Below, piece after piece: positions 38,438 through 53,393 of a stretch of DNA of 64,000 bases. The translations under genes and the position numbers were made by a program. The notes beneath the pieces are model-generated. The model was not told the origin of the DNA. It saw only the letters and a program-made list of their open reading frames with translations, and made no database searches. The stretch is taken from positions 2,005,243 through 2,069,242 of the forward strand of contig NC_057753.1 in the NCBI RefSeq assembly GCF_004010195.1, in the 5' to 3' direction. Source of the stretch: Chiloscyllium plagiosum. Its lineage: Eukaryota. Within the stretch, counting starts at the first letter, position 1, and each line of letters starts with the position of its first letter.

Positions 38438-38700
38438 CAAGTTTACAAATCAGTCGAATACAATCTGCTTCGAATACAAAAGATACAGGAATGTTTTCGT
38501 TCATAAAGAGAATGTAACACCATATTAATCCCATTACACAACGGTAAGGCAGACGTTCAATAACCATAAATTCATTCGCATGTCAGTGAAAGTATGCTTT
38601 TTTTAACTGTCCACAAAACGGACTAAATTTACAAAAATGGTATAAACGATATTTCCTACGTATAACACGGGGTTACAGAAAGAATAATAGAAGTTTGGTT

Positions 38701-39605
38701 TTATTTTTTGTACAATTTTGAGATTAGACTCAAAGGACATACCACCATAATATATAACTGCTGTCTGAACTTGCGTTGTGTTACTGCATAAATAAATGAG
38801 TTTGTGCAGCAGCTTAAAAGCTGAAGCATATTTCCACTTTCCTTAAGAACAAATTTGGGGTCGTTAAAACCATTAATGGCATAATTCTTTGCAAATCTAT
38901 ACCAAAGAAACTCCACAACATATGTCATCCACAACAATATGAAAGTGCCAGATATCGCAAATAATAAGATGATAGACTTTCTTCGGCTCTCCATCTCTTG
39001 ATCACTCTTATTTTCTCCATTGCTTTTGGCATGGAATCTCTTACAGGCTCTACTTGCCACCAGAATGTGTCGAACGGTCATGGCATTAAACAAAACAATC
39101 AGAAAGAACGGGAGACAAGGAGTTACAACCCGGTCAAACCAATCAAATGTTGTCCATAGAGGTGAAGTATAGCGTATACTCTTCTGTCTACAATACCACG
39201 GCATGTTATCAATCATGTAAATTGGTTCATGCATGAAATACCAAGGGATATTAATTGAGAAAGCTAGCACACAGACAATTCCTATTACAACAGATGCTGT
39301 TCTTTCAGTGCAATATTTTGTTTTCAGTTTCTGACAACAAATGGCCACAAGTCTATCAAATGTGAAAGTCACAGTTAACCATATAGAGCTGTCTCTGCAT
39401 GCATAAATTAATGCAATACTGAAACTGCACACTGGAGTAATGAACATGAAACTACCTGGGAAATAAATAGCCGGAATTCGATTTAACATCACTGCAGTGA
39501 TAATGACCAAGAGATCCGTCACTGCCATAAACACGAGGTATCTAGTGATACATTTGGAGAGTCCACACCTTCCTCTTGACAGGATTATAATCGCCACTAA
39601 ATTAA
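38701..39605 (-). CDS. GPR139-like class A GPCR, gene 2, coding exon 2 (join with 43725-43794; 324 aa total)
   Basis: Acceptor tttcattctctttcag|TT AAT (V-N-L). Motifs MAVTDLL, SIWLTVTFTFDRL, PWYC, PCLPF and NSFIY. Open to TAA. 70+905 = 975 nt. Confidence 0.93.
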
Positions 39606-39714
39606 CTGAAAGAGAATGAAACCATGTTGCACATATTTTATTTACAGCCAACGAAATATGCTAAGTAAACCGAGCAAAGATTCACTTTGATTTAATTAGA
39701 AATATATTTGGAGA

Positions 39715-40130
39715 ATGACAGTCATGCAGCACAGAAACTGACTCCATGATCCCACATGTCTAGACTGACTATGTTCCCAACTAAATTATTACTCCGGGCC
39801 TGCACTTCGCCCATATCACTCAAAACGTTTCCTACTCCTGAACATATCTCGTCTTTTAACTCTATACACACTTTCTCTAGCAGTTGATTCCACACACATT
39901 GCCTCTCATTTTCATTTTCGATCTTTCTCCTCTCACCAGAAAATATGCCCCCATAGAATTGAAAAAAACCATGTTAGGAAGAAAAGACTTGTAATTCACT
40001 TTACCTCTGCCCCTCATGATTTCATAAGCCTCCATAAATTCACCCCTATATCTCCTGCACTCTAATGGAACATTCCCAGCCTTTACAGTCCATTTTTGTA
40101 ACTGAAACCCTGCATTCTCAGCAATGAATA
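39715..40130 (-). mobile_element. Degraded CR1 3' fragment in the gene 2 intron
   Basis: LECRRYRGEFMEAYEIMRGRGKVN (CR1 RRLRGDLIE.YKIM.G motif). Confidence 0.75.
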
Positions 40131-43100
40131 TCATAGCATACTATTAGAGAGTAAGGATATGCACTGTAACTCAGATCAAATGTCAAAACTTTGCTACTTG
40201 ACATGATAGAAACAGATGCCCCCCATTACGTATAGCTGACACTCTCCCCAGGCATCTGGAGAACGGATGACATTGATAAAATAGAAATACATCACAAAAA
40301 CTGAGAGGGAAAGAAAGGCAATTAAAATCAACTAACATTTCCAAGTTATTGAAAGAGCTGACCGCGCATTTTTAAATTATATACATCGTCATAATTTCCT
40401 GAAAAATCAAGGTAATGAATTGAAATAGAAACAAAGCAACTATACATTTGTTGAGCAAAAAAATAAACCTAATTACAAACCACACCAGAATTAACGTTAT
40501 GAACAATTTCACTGTTGTTTTCCAGTCTCTGACTGCTTTTCAATATGTTAGAAAAATATTAAGCTAACAGATCCAACAGGTTGTAAGTATAATACAGATT
40601 TCAATGTAAAATAGAAACATATAATTTAATTTTGACTGAACAGGAATAGTTACACGAATACCATAAACTAATTACCTTAAATAGTTTATTTAAACTCGTT
40701 TGGATTTCTGCCATTGATGTTTCTCATTCCATGTAATTTCCTAACGTGGAATTCTATCTCAAATAAGCTGTCTGCCATTTCAATTACTTTTTAAAAATGT
40801 GTTTCATTCTTGTACAACCCTCAGACTTTAGTCAATCAACACATTGGCACCACACCATTGTTCTAAATACCTTACAAAATATTCAGTTGTAATATATATT
40901 TAAGAGTCAATGTGTGATATTGTAAATCTATTTAGTTAATGCCTTAGATTTTAGTAAAGTAATATGCAGTTGCTGCATTCCAGGGGTTGGAAATGACAAT
41001 GAATGTTGGAGTGGATTTTAACGCACAGATGTTTTGGACTATGTATCCAGAATAGCACGATCTGAACTCAGGTCATAAGAAATGCTATATATAGTAAATG
41101 GAAGAGCAGATCAAAAAACATTGAAGTTTTCTGAACAATCAGCAATGGAATCGCAGTTCGGCAGCCAATTCAAACCATTAAATTGTGTTCTGCTTTGCAG
41201 TCCCAAATGATTGAATGAAGCTGAGCCTTTGTCAATATGAAATAAAAAGTGGACCTCGCATACATATGCGAAATCCAAAGGTCAGTTTTCTTGCTTGTGC
41301 CAACTCACATCAACACAGTGATCGGCTCTAGATTCAGAAGAAACATTAAAGGTCATTGCAGTTTTGAGCAGCAAGACTGGGCAGGCCTATCTTGTGGTGA
41401 TTAGTGAGAAAATTGCCAAATGTGCAGGAAAAGTGCGACATCAAGTAAATGAATACGGGCAACGATGGGGATGAGCCGAATGGATACGAATTAACACAGG
41501 TTAACACAACAAAAGGAAGAACTGAAGAAATTGCTGGAGAACATCATTTGTCTGCTAGCATATGTTAACAAAAAAAGTTAAAGTTTTGAGTTATAGACGC
41601 TTCGTCAGAACTGAAGAAGGGAAGAACCTATGAGATACATTTTGTAACATGGATTTCGCAGCTTGCTATGAACGGTGATGTGTTGTGAGTTATATGCTAT
41701 TGCAGTTTTTAAATTATGGTTTTGCTTCAAATCAAACCACTGCATGTTTATGTTTGACGTCTTTTCATCAATTTCGGCATCAGTGGAAATCAACAATGTC
41801 GTTATTAATTATTCAATCATAAAAGTTAACAAATCAGAACCTGAGCTAGGAGGGGCATAATTCTGCAATTCAGTCGATCCACTAAATATAGCACTTAACT
41901 CTTGAGGAAAATAAATCATTCTGAAAAGTTGGAAAAATACCATTCTCAAACAAATGTCTGTCGAAGGCAGATTTCGTTTTAGTTTCTGATGATTTCAATT
42001 CTGAGTTAGTCAGAGTCTCCCATCCATATACGTGATTTTATCTCGCTTTATTTGGCGGTTCTTACATATGGTGTTAGATTGGTTTCAGAAATGTCCTGCA
42101 TTCAATATGTCATAGCGATAATTCCGCTATAAACACAATATACTGAATAAGATTAAAGGAAATGGAAGGACCATTAGGAATATTCGAAGAAGAGTAGTGC
42201 AATCAACTTCTCGCACCTCTCAAACAGTGTGGTTATGGCTAGTTTGTGGTCAACCTCCATGTACCCGCTTTTGGCCGTTATCCCTTAATAACTTCTCTCA
42301 ACAAGTAAAAATATGTCCCAGGTTTAAAATTAATAACGGATCCAGCATACATTTTCTTTTTAGGATATATTCCAAACACTGACTACCTTCTGCTTCCAAA
42401 CGCTTCTTCTGAACAGTGTGAGCCTAATTTACAGACTATGTTCACAAGTTGTAAAATCCCCAAACAGTGCAAATATTCAATGTTTACGTAACCTGCACTT
42501 TCTTCCAAGGACTTTATGCTTTGCAATTTGGTCACATCTAACATGCACATTCACACTATCGATATCCCTCCATTCATGAACACTGACCAATTGTTGAGCA
42601 AAAAAAAAACAAAAATATTATTTATGTGCAGAAGTAGGTCACGTCTGAAGTGTATTCGACATTTCAAGAAGTATGTGATTTATTTGTTTGAGTTTCGAAT
42701 TCCCACGTGCACTCTGCGATCTCACCATCTAAAGAGAATCTGAGTAATTGATGCTTCAATATTCGCAAATCAAAAGTTTTTTTTGGTATCATTTGAGCTT
42801 AAAATATTATGGAACAGAAGAGATTAATGATCACAACGAATTAGTGCTGGCAGAACTCAAGACAAAAAGAACATTCAAACTCAAAATTTGGAACACTTAA
42901 TCTGTCAATCCAAATACTTTTTCTAAATTTTTTGGAGTATTGAGTCTTTGCAACCCTTTCAGACAGGACACTATCAAATTGCTTTCACTCTCGGTTGAAC
43001 ATTTTTTCTTTCTTCTCAATTCCACTCCGAAATTTCATTCAAATACCTTACCAATAAGCATTATCCTCTTTTAAGGGAATATGTCATTGTTATGCATCCC

Positions 43101-43724
43101 ATTCCAGCTTGACAATATTGAGTACCTCTAAATTAAATCTTCATTCAGTTCGCTGGTTCAATTCACCCGTATATTCAATGCTACCATGAAGATTTTTGTG
43201 AAAACATTCTTATTGTATTATCCCTAATGATACTTGTTCGATTACATTTTTCTGCATCCACTGAAATGTGCTACGATGACAGAGAATATAATAGCAACAT
43301 TAAATCCTTTCAGTACTTGTACCTCAATCGTTTGAATGAAGTAATTAATTGACTGTCTTTCTTCCATGGATTCATTCCTCCTTATTTTCTCGCGCCATAT
43401 TCTTATACAGTAAACACTACAATTCTGGTAAATTTGTGGTCATGTTGAATAAAACATAATCCGAAAACAACAGTTTTCGGGAATTACACAGCGGAAAGAT
43501 AAATGTAACGTCGAGTTTGATCAGCGTTTTGTTTGCAACCATAGTATTACAGAAATACAAACATATAAACCTGGATGACATCAGTCGGTCTGGTATCACT
43601 TTTGGAGAAAGAAACACTGAACGCGGTGTTGCTCCTCATCAGAACCCTGACATTTACGTTGCTTTTTTAAATATAATCCTTTACCCAATTACATCATGAA
43701 TCATTTTTTTTTCCATTACTTTAC

Positions 43725-43794
43725 CTGGAATAGCGATAACTGCAAGTGCAGTATAGTAAATGGCATAAGCAGGACCTCTTGGTGGGGCATGCAT
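43725..43794 (-). CDS. GPR139-like gene 2, coding exon 1 (MHAPPRGPAYAIYYTALAVIAIP)
   Basis: ATG at 43794, 23 codons + 1 nt, donor CCA G|gtaaag. Same length and phase as gene 1 exon 1. Intron is 39606-43724. Confidence 0.88.
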
Positions 43795-45067
43795 CTTCTT
43801 TGTGAACCGGTTAAAGTTTCTGATGTGTTCAATTCAATTTATCAACAGATCCTATTATACCTTAGGCGAGCACACCTGAGTCACATGAGATAAAATCACT
43901 ATCGCCGTTAATTACAGTCATAGGGGAATTTTTAAAAAATGAATTAATCATCATCACATTTACTTGCAGTCATAAATAGTTAGATTTTATTATACCAATG
44001 TGAATAGTGATTACAATTGTTGAACAAATAAAATGGCTTACATAATTAATAAAGTGAAGTTGGCTACATTCACGATTGCAGTCTCCCCCTTTCTTTTAGC
44101 TTTCGAGAAATAAAATAGAGAAAAGGAGATTTTAAGGACAGTTAATGTTTTCTGTATTCAAGCGTTAAACGAGGCTTCATCTCCCCTTTTTACCTATGTA
44201 TGACGCTAATCGCCTGTGAAATGTTTTCTGTTGCTCACTGTCTGAAGCGGGCAAGCAGCCCAATAAATCTTCTCTAGTAGGAAGTAAGGAAGTGAAAGAT
44301 CCACATAATAGGCATGCAATCTGCACTAGCCAACCCTGGGAGTTAAACAGCGTGTTCCTTTGAGGATTCATGACAAGGGTTAGAAGTTTGTCTTTCAGAT
44401 TTATTCAGCAGCAACCTTATACATAACTTATGCTGAATGATACTTCTTAGTTTACGCTGCAACAGATACCATTATGTAGATTTGACTGATAGAGTATGAA
44501 GAACAAAAATGAAATGGCAGTGTTTTAATAAATGCCTGTCAGTAGGTACAGTGTGGATCTGTTATTAACAGTGATGTTGTGCGCCATGCACGTTCATGGA
44601 TTAGAGACCAGAGATGGCAAGGAGAACAATTAATTCCTAATTATTACTAAATAATTTGCCAACTCCTGATGAGATCAAACGATCAGAATATAAACTGAAT
44701 GTGAAACTTCGTTGGACAATTGAACATCAGTGCTGAGTCCGAGTTACAAAGCGGTCAGTCTGAGCTTGCATAAGTTCACAAGAGGATGAAATGACTTGCC
44801 CAACTATTCAACAAAATGCCTGTCAAAGCTGCATGCGTGCATGACGGCATCAAGACCAATTTCAGCACAAAGTCATTATGGAATTTAATGCACGTTGTCA
44901 CAGTAAGGTATTAAAAATTATGTAATGAAAGATCAGCAAGGAGCGGGCAGAAGAAATCGAGGTCAAGCGATTAGACCTGAACATTCAAGATGTGCTTCGA
45001 TTTGAGAAGAACTGTCCAATCCTTCACCTCATTCTTCATCAATTCTCTTACTCCGTTATCAGCAGGA

Positions 45068-45362
45068 CTTAGAAATAGAATCCTGCAGTGGGGAAACTAG
45101 CCCTTCAGCTCAAAACTTCCACACAGACCCTCTGAACAGTTGCCCACCCAGACCCATTCCCCTACACTATACTTACCCCTGACTGATAATCTATACCATG
45201 GGCAATTCACCTAACTTGCACATATTTGGACTGTGGGAGGAAACCGGAGCAAACCCACACAAAGAATGTCCAAATTCCACATAGATTGTCATCTGATGCT
45301 AGAATCGAACCCAGGTCCCTCGCAGTGTGAGATAGCAGTGTTAACCACGGAGCTGCCATGCC
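45068..45362 (-). mobile_element. V-SINE (HE1-like)
   Basis: ttggactgtgggaggaaaccggagc..acccac, aatcgaacc and cagtgttaaccac. Confidence 0.85.
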
Positions 45363-45589
45363 AGATAACTGGCCATGTAAACGAATTTGCTTCGACAAGG
45401 ACCATAGGAAAACATGCTGAGGTGAAAACAATGCATGGAAAGTTTGAAGCTGTGACTACAATACCAGAGGAGTACGAAGAGTTTGAGGTATTGACTTGCA
45501 TTAGCGTTTACTTGTGACTCACATCTTTGCACATTCAGTAACAAGATATCTTTCGTCAACTGTCAGTGTTCATTTTGAGAAAAGAAAGT

Positions 45590-47800
45590 TAGAACATAGA
45601 AAATAGAACAGTACAGCACAGACCAAGCCCTTCATCCCACGATGTTGTGTCGACCATTGATCCTCATGTATGCACCCTCAAATGTCTGTGACCATATGCA
45701 TGTCCAGCAGTCTCTTAAATGTCCCCAATGACCTTGCTTCCACAACTGCTGCTGGCAACGCATTCCATGCTCTCACGATTCTGTGTAAATAACACGCCTC
45801 TGACATCCCCTCTATACTTTCCTCCAACCAGCTTAAAACTATGACCCCTCGTGTTAGTCATTTATGCCCTGGGAAATAGTCTCTGGCTATCGACTTTATC
45901 TATGCCTCTCATTATCTTGTGTACATCAATTAGGTCCCCACTCCTCCTCCTTTTCTCCAATGAAAAAAGTCCAAGCTCAGTCAACCTCTCTTCAAATGAT
46001 AAGCCCTCCAGTCCAGGCAGCATCCTGGTAAACATCCTCTGAACCCTCTCTAAAGCATCCACATCTTTCCTATAATAGCGCGACCAGAACTGGACACAGT
46101 ATTCCAAGTGTGGTCCAACCAAATTTTTATAGAGCTGCAACAAGATCTCACAACTCCTTAACTCAATCCCCCGTTAATGAAAGCAAAAACACCATATGCT
46201 TTCTTAACAACCCTGTCCACTTGGGTGGCCATTTTAAGGGATCTATGTACCTGCACACCAAGATCCCTCTGTTCCTCCACACTGCCAAGAACCCTATCCT
46301 TAATCCTGTACGCAGCTTTCAAATTCGACTTTCTAAAATGCATTACCTCGCATTTATCCAGGTTGAACTCCATCTGCCACCTCTCAGGCCATCTGTGCAT
46401 TCTGCTAATGCCCCGCTGCACCCTACAACAGCCCTCTATACTGCAAACGACACCTCCAACCTTTGTGTCGTCTGCAAACTTACTGACCCATCTTTCAATC
46501 CCCTCATCCAAGTCATTAATAAAAAATACAAACAGTAGAAGTCCAAGGACAGAGTCCTGTGGAACACCCCACTACTGACTTCCAGGCAACATATTTTCCT
46601 TCTACTACTACTCGCTGATTTCTGTTGGCGAGCCAATTCTGCATCCAGAGAGCTAAGTTCCCCTGTATCCCGTTCCTCCTGACCTTCTGAATGAGCCTAC
46701 CATGGGGAACCTTATCAAATGCCTTGCTGAAGTCCATATACAGCACATCCACAGCTCGACCCTCATCAACTTTTTCAGTCATATCCTCAAAGAACCCGAT
46801 AAAGTTTGTGAGGCATGACCTGCCCCTCACAACGCCGTGTTGGCTTCATTTAATAAAACCATGCTCTTCCAGATGGTCATAAATCCTATCCCTTAGAATC
46901 CTTTCTTACACCTTGCAGACGACAGACGCGAGACTAACTGGTCTGTAATTGCCGGGGATTTACCTATTTCCTTTCTTGAAGAGAGGAATTACATTTGCCT
47001 CTCTCCAGTCCTCAGGTACCACTCCAGCGGAGAGCGAGGATGCAAAGATCTTCGCAAGTGGCGAAGCAATTGCATTTCTCATTTCCCAAAGCAGCTGAGG
47101 ACAAATCTGGTCCGGGCCTGGCGACTTGTCAACCTTAATGTTTGACAAAATTTTCAGCACATCAGCTTCCTCTCTCTCTATCCATTCCAGCATGCACACC
47201 TACTCTTCAAAGGCTTCATTCACTACAAAGTTCGTTTCTTTCGTAAATACAGAAGCAAAAAACTCATTTAGGGTTTCCCCTCCCTCCTCAGACTCCACAT
47301 ACAAGTTCCCTATGCTATCCCTGATCGGTCCTACTCTTTCTTTAACCATTCTCTTATTCCTCACGTAAGTATAAAATGCCTTTGTGTTCTCCCTAATCAG
47401 TTCTGCCAAGGCTTTCTCGTGCCCGCTCCTCGCTCTCCTCAGACCATTTTTGAGCTTCTTCCTCGCCTGCTTGTAATCCTCTAGAGCTGAGCATGACATA
47501 TCTTCCTCCACCTTATGTAAGCTGCCTTCTTCCTTTTGATGAGAAGTTCCACCGCTCTCTCCATCCAAGGTTCCTTTATCTTACCCCTTCTTGCCTGTCT
47601 CAGTGGAACATATTTATTCATCACTTGCAACAACTATTCCTTAAACAGTCTCCACATGTCTATAGTGCCTTTACCATGCAACAATTGCTCCCAGTCCATG
47701 CTTCCTAAGTCATGTCTAATCGCATCATAGTTTCCTCTTCCCCAATTAAATATCCTCCCATTTTGCCTAATTCTCTCCTTCTCTATAGTTATGTAGAATG
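45590..47800 (-). mobile_element. CR1 LINE ORF2 (RT), 5'-truncated and frameshifted
   Basis: KSPGPDQI.P..GVVPEDWREANVIPLFKKG, GRSCLTN..YMDFSKAFDKVPH, SKFADDTKVGG, WQMEFN.DKC and PHLEYCVQFWS; (ttctat)n tail at ~45590-45610. Confidence 0.95.
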
Positions 47801-48983
47801 TGAGAATGTGAGGAGCGATTTCAATTCACACTTGTCACCTTCCAGACTCAGCATGAAGATTAGAGTTTCTGCACCACAGGGCAGTTGTCAAGATCTGGAA
47901 CACTTGCACTGAAAGGTGTTGGAATCTGAGGCTATGCTTCTGCTGTGCATGTTCATCCTTCGTTACCCACTCAATGCAAATAGTTCCTATTTCCCTCGCC
48001 TCAGTCACCAATCAATCTCAAAATTCTTAATCAAAACCAGCACTTCTTTAATTCTAGGCAATATCTCCTTAATAACATAGTGACGTATTTTGTCAGAAGG
48101 AATGGAGAATAGTAATACCTAATTTGGCGTGGACTTCTGAAGAGTAGGCAGAGATGAACGGGGTTTCTGTTTAATGTGCACGCATGGTTGAAGCTAGTGG
48201 GAAACATTCATCATTAACCAAAGCAAATAGGAACTCGAGCTTCATAAAAATTTGTAATGAGAACGAAACGGAGACAAGTAATGTTGTACATTTATAAGTC
48301 TCCCGTTAGGCCACAATCCTTCTTCTGTGTGCACATCTGGTCAACACCTCTAATAAAGGTAGTGAGGGTCGTTGTGATTTTGCAGAGGTGCTTTATCAGA
48401 ATGGGATTCAGCAAAGTAGGTTTAGAAAATATTTGATTGAATTACAAAATTTACAAAAGATTTAAATTTCATAGAGAAAAGCAATATATTCACATTAGCT
48501 GACTGCGTACAGATAAGGGACAGATTGACGTTTCTCAGAAAAAAACAAAAGGAGATGTATTAAAATTGTTGTAGACAGTAAACCTGGCCTCCATAGGCTG
48601 GATGGCCCGCTCTGTTGCTTCAGGACTCCGACTCTTTGTTGTAGTGTCGTCTTGCATTGTCAAGCTTGGAATTCAGTTGTCACTCTTTACAAGGCTATTA
48701 GATCATTCGTATGGGTACTGTACAGAATTGAATACAAAACCCCAAGCGGAATATAAGTGCAGTTTCGTAATCTCAGTGCATTGCCAGTCTCACTGATGAT
48801 CATGTTATTCAGGCCCTGATTAATCGAGTACTTTGTTCAGATCTTGATGTAGTGTTTGATTTGAGTTTCCTCTCTGTCAGTAGTCTGCTCTAACTGTTCA
48901 AAAGGTTGAGAAACTCAATCACTGTCAATCGGGACAGAAATTCCGAAAAAAAAGTTTCTCCTAGCTTGAGCACGCTGAATATG

Positions 48984-49298
48984 TGGGCTGCACGGTGGCA
49001 CAGTGGTTAGCACTGCTGCCTCACAGCGCCAGAGACCCGGGTTCAATTCCCGCCTCAGGCGACTGACTGTGTGGAGTTTGTACATTCTCCCCGTGTCTGC
49101 GTGGGTTTCCTCCGGGTGCTCCGGTTTCCTCCCACAGTCCAAAGATGTGCAGGTTAGGTGAATTGGCCATGTTAAATTGTCCGTAGTGTTAGGTAAGGGG
49201 TAAATGTAGGGGTATGGGTGGTTTGCGCTTCACCGGGTCGGTGTGGACTTGTTGGGCCGAAGGGCCTGTTTCCACACTGTAAAGTAATCTAATCTAAT
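48984..49298 (+). mobile_element. V-SINE (HE1-like), near intact
   Basis: A box tggcacagtgg, B box ggttcaattcc, V-core, and CR1-like tail gggccgaagggcctgtttcc..aatctaatct. Confidence 0.95.
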
Positions 49299-50939
49299 AT
49301 CCTCCGTTTAATGCTCTGAGAAAGGAAAGTAACGAACGTACCCTGCTGCATCTTTCCCGCATTATGTTCAAATGTCTCGCAGAATGTTTTCCCCAATACT
49401 TTGGCAGCAGTGAAATGGGCTCTACCGAAGAAAATAACTATCAGGTCTTGTGGACTGTTCGCTGCAGTTATAGGATCAGTTGTTTCGATTTTGGAATCTT
49501 CTTTTATTCTCGGTTTTTATGAGGATTCTTTGCCCATTTTTGCTGACTTCCCACTCACTCAGTTTCTCATGAAGTCACTCATTCCACTTTTCATTATGTG
49601 CAATTGGGTTCATGTGACAATAAATCTATTTCTAATTCTAATTCATAAGTAAGCTTGCTTGGTCAGGAAGAACATGACACAGCTGTGAGCATATACTTCA
49701 GGGGATTTGGAGGCAATGTGGGTACAGAATGCAGAGGGGAAGAGTGACTTCTTGCTTGCTGTGGTTGGCTCATAGTTGTAAGGTTCTGCAACTGAATAAA
49801 CTAAAGCCCAGTTATCGGTGTCTCAGCACAAATGAGCGAAGTCACTGATCACTCATAATTTTATTGTTTGGTGACAGCTACTAAATTGATTATACAGAAT
49901 AGGTTGCTTTCATATTGAAGGTAAAACAAGGAAATATTTGTACGATACTTCTGAAATTCCAAGTAAGAACAATGTAAGTAAAAGAGAGATGACAAGCCGT
50001 GTGGTATGTTGTAACCGCATGGTGCTCGATTTGGTGCACACCATTCTCGTTCATAGTGACCACAGCTGTAGCAAGCAAAAATGAAAGACAGGTGTTGTTG
50101 TCAATCATGCAGAAAAACAGAAATTTCTGGAAAATCTCAGAAGGTCTAGCAGCATCTGGGGAGAGAAATCAGAGTTAATGTCTCACATCCATTAAACCTT
50201 GCTCTGAAGAAACACAAACTTTGATTTCTAAACACAGCTTCTACCAGAGCTGTTGAACTTCTGTAGCAATTGTTGGTTTTTTGAGGCACTCCGGCTCAGA
50301 GTTTATGATTTGGAGTCTTAATTCTGAACTTTGCGACACATCAAGAGATTGACTTGAATGCTGAGTTTCAGAAGGTCGTCATACTCCTTAGATTGACTAC
50401 ATTGCATTTGGTCAGTGACAGCAGTGTGTGATTACGAAGGATCTGGAAGGTGGTCCGGAAGGAAACAAAACCCATGTGTTTCTCGCTTATTCTGGGGTCT
50501 CAAAATCTTCTTTTGCTGAGGTCGACATTTTGAGCACTCTCCAGTGAACAAAGGCAGGTGCCGTCAAAGCTGAAAAAAACAGTGCTGGAATATGCCAACT
50601 TCTATGGAGGGACAAAACTATTTTACATGATGTGATATCGTTGTTTCAGTACAATGAGCTGAAACTTTTACTCTGTTTATAACACAAAAATATTAGGACT
50701 CGTGTTTACAGGTGAGGAGACTGAAAATAATGCTTACAGTGAAACTAAAGTTCTGACTCATAGTTTAAATATTGAGGTGCTCCCATTCAAGATGCAGAAA
50801 TAAGTAAAAAAGTTGAGGCAGGATCAGTGGGTATCTGTTTATGATACAGATTCGTATGTTCCTGGTTAACAAGGAAGTCAACAATTGTGTCGGCATGAAT
50901 ATGAAGTTGATGTTGTATTCAGGTCAGTCAACATCTTAG

Positions 50940-51356
50940 AGCCATAAAGTAGCACAGCACACAAATAGACAATTCTATCCAACTCATCCATTACGAACAG
51001 ATCTCTTAAGTTAATCGGTCCCATTTACCAGCATTTGGCCGACGTAACTCGAAAACCCTACCTATTCAAACACCTATCAAGATGATTTTTTATTTTTGGG
51101 ATTGTTCCAGCCTGCACCACTTCCTCTGGCAGGTCATTCTATACACTTGACCTCTGTATGAAAACGTTGCCCTTCAATTGCCTTTTAAATCTTATCTCAC
51201 TCACATTAGAACTATGCCCTTTAGTTTTGTAATACCTACTACTGGAAAATGTGCTTGGCTGTTCAAACTATTCATGCCTCAAGTGACATTATAAACCACT
51301 AGAAGGTTACCCCTCAGCGTCTGAAGCTCCAGGGAAAATAGCCCCAGCCTATTCAG
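50940..51356 (-). mobile_element. CR1 3' fragment, continued at 56511-56660 after later insertions
   Basis: Ends ...gccccagcctattcag. CR1 sequence resumes at 56511 with ...ctcccaatagctcaaaacctccaactctg. Confidence 0.75.
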
Positions 51357-53393
51357 AACGCAGCATTGATTGCATCTCAATTGAAAGGAGACTAATATAC
51401 TGTCGGGGACATTTCCTGGAGCTGCATGGGAGGATTTAAACGAGTAAAATGGGGCGTGAATATCGGCAGATAGTGAGGAAAGATATCAATATGGTATTGG
51501 TCCAGTTGGGAAAAGAAGCAAGTCAAACAGTCAGGGCAGGTAGGGATAAAGCAGACGACAAGCTAGGACGGATAAATTAAACTGGGTTTGCTTCAATACA
51601 AGAGGCCTAACAGGGAAGGCAGATAAACTCACAGCATGGTTAGGTACATGGTATTGGGATATCAGAGAAATTACAGAAACGTGGCTCAGTGATGGACAGG
51701 ACTGGCAAGTTAATGTTCCAGGATATAAATGCTGCAGGAAAGATAGAAAGGGAAGCAAGAGAGGAGGAGGAGTGGCGTTTTTGAGAAGGGATAGCATTAC
51801 AGCTGTACGTAGGGTTATTCCTGGGTATGCATACAGGTAAGTTATTTGTTTGGAGCATCGAAATAAGAAAGAGATGATCATCTTATTGGGATTGTATTGT
51901 AGACCCCCTAATAGTCAGTGCGATGTTGAGAAACAAATTTGAAAGGAAGTTTCAGTTAGCTGTAAAAATAAAAAGGGTAGAAATCGTCGGGCGTTTAATA
52001 TCCAAACATAGACTGAGACTGCGATAGTGTTCAGAGTTCAGATGGAGAGGAATATAATAAGTGTGTACTAGAAAACTTTCTGATTCAGTACGTGGATGTA
52101 CCTACCAGAGAAGGTGCAAAACCTGACGTATTCTTGGGAAATAAGGTTGCTCAGATGACTGAGGTGTCAGTGGGGAAGCACTTGGGGGCCATTTTCCATA
52201 ATTATTTTAGCTTTAAAATGTTGAACTAAAAAGAAAGACCGGATCTAAAAGTTGAGTTTTTTACGCTGGAGGAAGGCTAATTCTGAGGGTTCAAGACAAG
52301 AAGTTTCAAATAAATGACTGGGGGCTGTTCGTAGGTCAAGGGCTGGAAAAAGGGAGGCCTTCTGAAATAAGATAACGAGAGTCCAGAGACAGTATATTCC
52401 TGTTAGGGTGAAAGGAAACGCCGGTAGGTGAATGGAATTCTGGATGACCAGAGAAATTGAGATTTTGGTTAAGAAAAAGAAGGAAGCATATGTCAGCTAT
52501 AGACAGGAGAGATCGAGTCAATACTTAGAAATGTATAAAGGCAATAGAAGTACAAGCGGGAAATCAGGAGGGCAAAATGGGACATGAGATAGCTTTGGTA
52601 AATGGGATTAAGGAGAATCGAAAGGGTGTTTAGAAATTCATTAAGGACAAAATAATAACTAGGGAGAGAATAGGGCCCCTTAAAGATCACCAATGCAACC
52701 TATGTGTGGAGCCACAAGAGATGGAGGAGATACTAAACGAGTATTTTGCATCTTTGTTTACTGTGGAGAAGGACATGGAAGATATGAAATGTGGGTAAAT
52801 GGATGGGGACATCTTCCAAAATGTCCATATTACAGAGGAGGAGGTGCTGGATGGTGTGAAACGCATAAAGATGGATAAATAGCTAGGACCCGATCAGGAG
52901 TCTAGAACTCTTTGGAATGCTAGGGACGCGATTGCTGGGCCACTTGTTGAAATATTTGCATCATTGATCGTCACAGGTAAGGTGCCGGAAGACTGGAGGT
53001 TGTACCGCTTTTTAAGAAAGATGGTAAGGCAAAGGCAGGCCGGTGAGTCTGGCGTCAGTGGTGGGCAAGTTGTTGGAGGGAATTCTGAGGGCTATGATTT
53101 TTATTTATTTGGAATGGCAAGGACGGATTAGTGATCGTCAGCATGGCTTTGTACTATGGAATCATGTTTCATGTACTTGATCGAGTTTTTTGAAGACGTA
53201 ACAAAGGGGATTGATATGGGCAGAGCAGTGAACGTGGTCTACGTCGACTTCAGTTAGGTGTTCGACAAGGTTTGTGATGGTAGACTGATTAGCAAGGTTA
53301 AATCTCGTGGAATAGAAAGAGAACTAGCCATTTGAATACAGAACTGCCTCAAGATAGAAGACAGAGGGTGGTGATGGAGGGTTGTTTTTCAGG

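Noticed and set aside
48984..49060. tRNA-like A and B boxes
   Set aside because: This is a SINE head that continues into the V-core; there is no complete cloverleaf.
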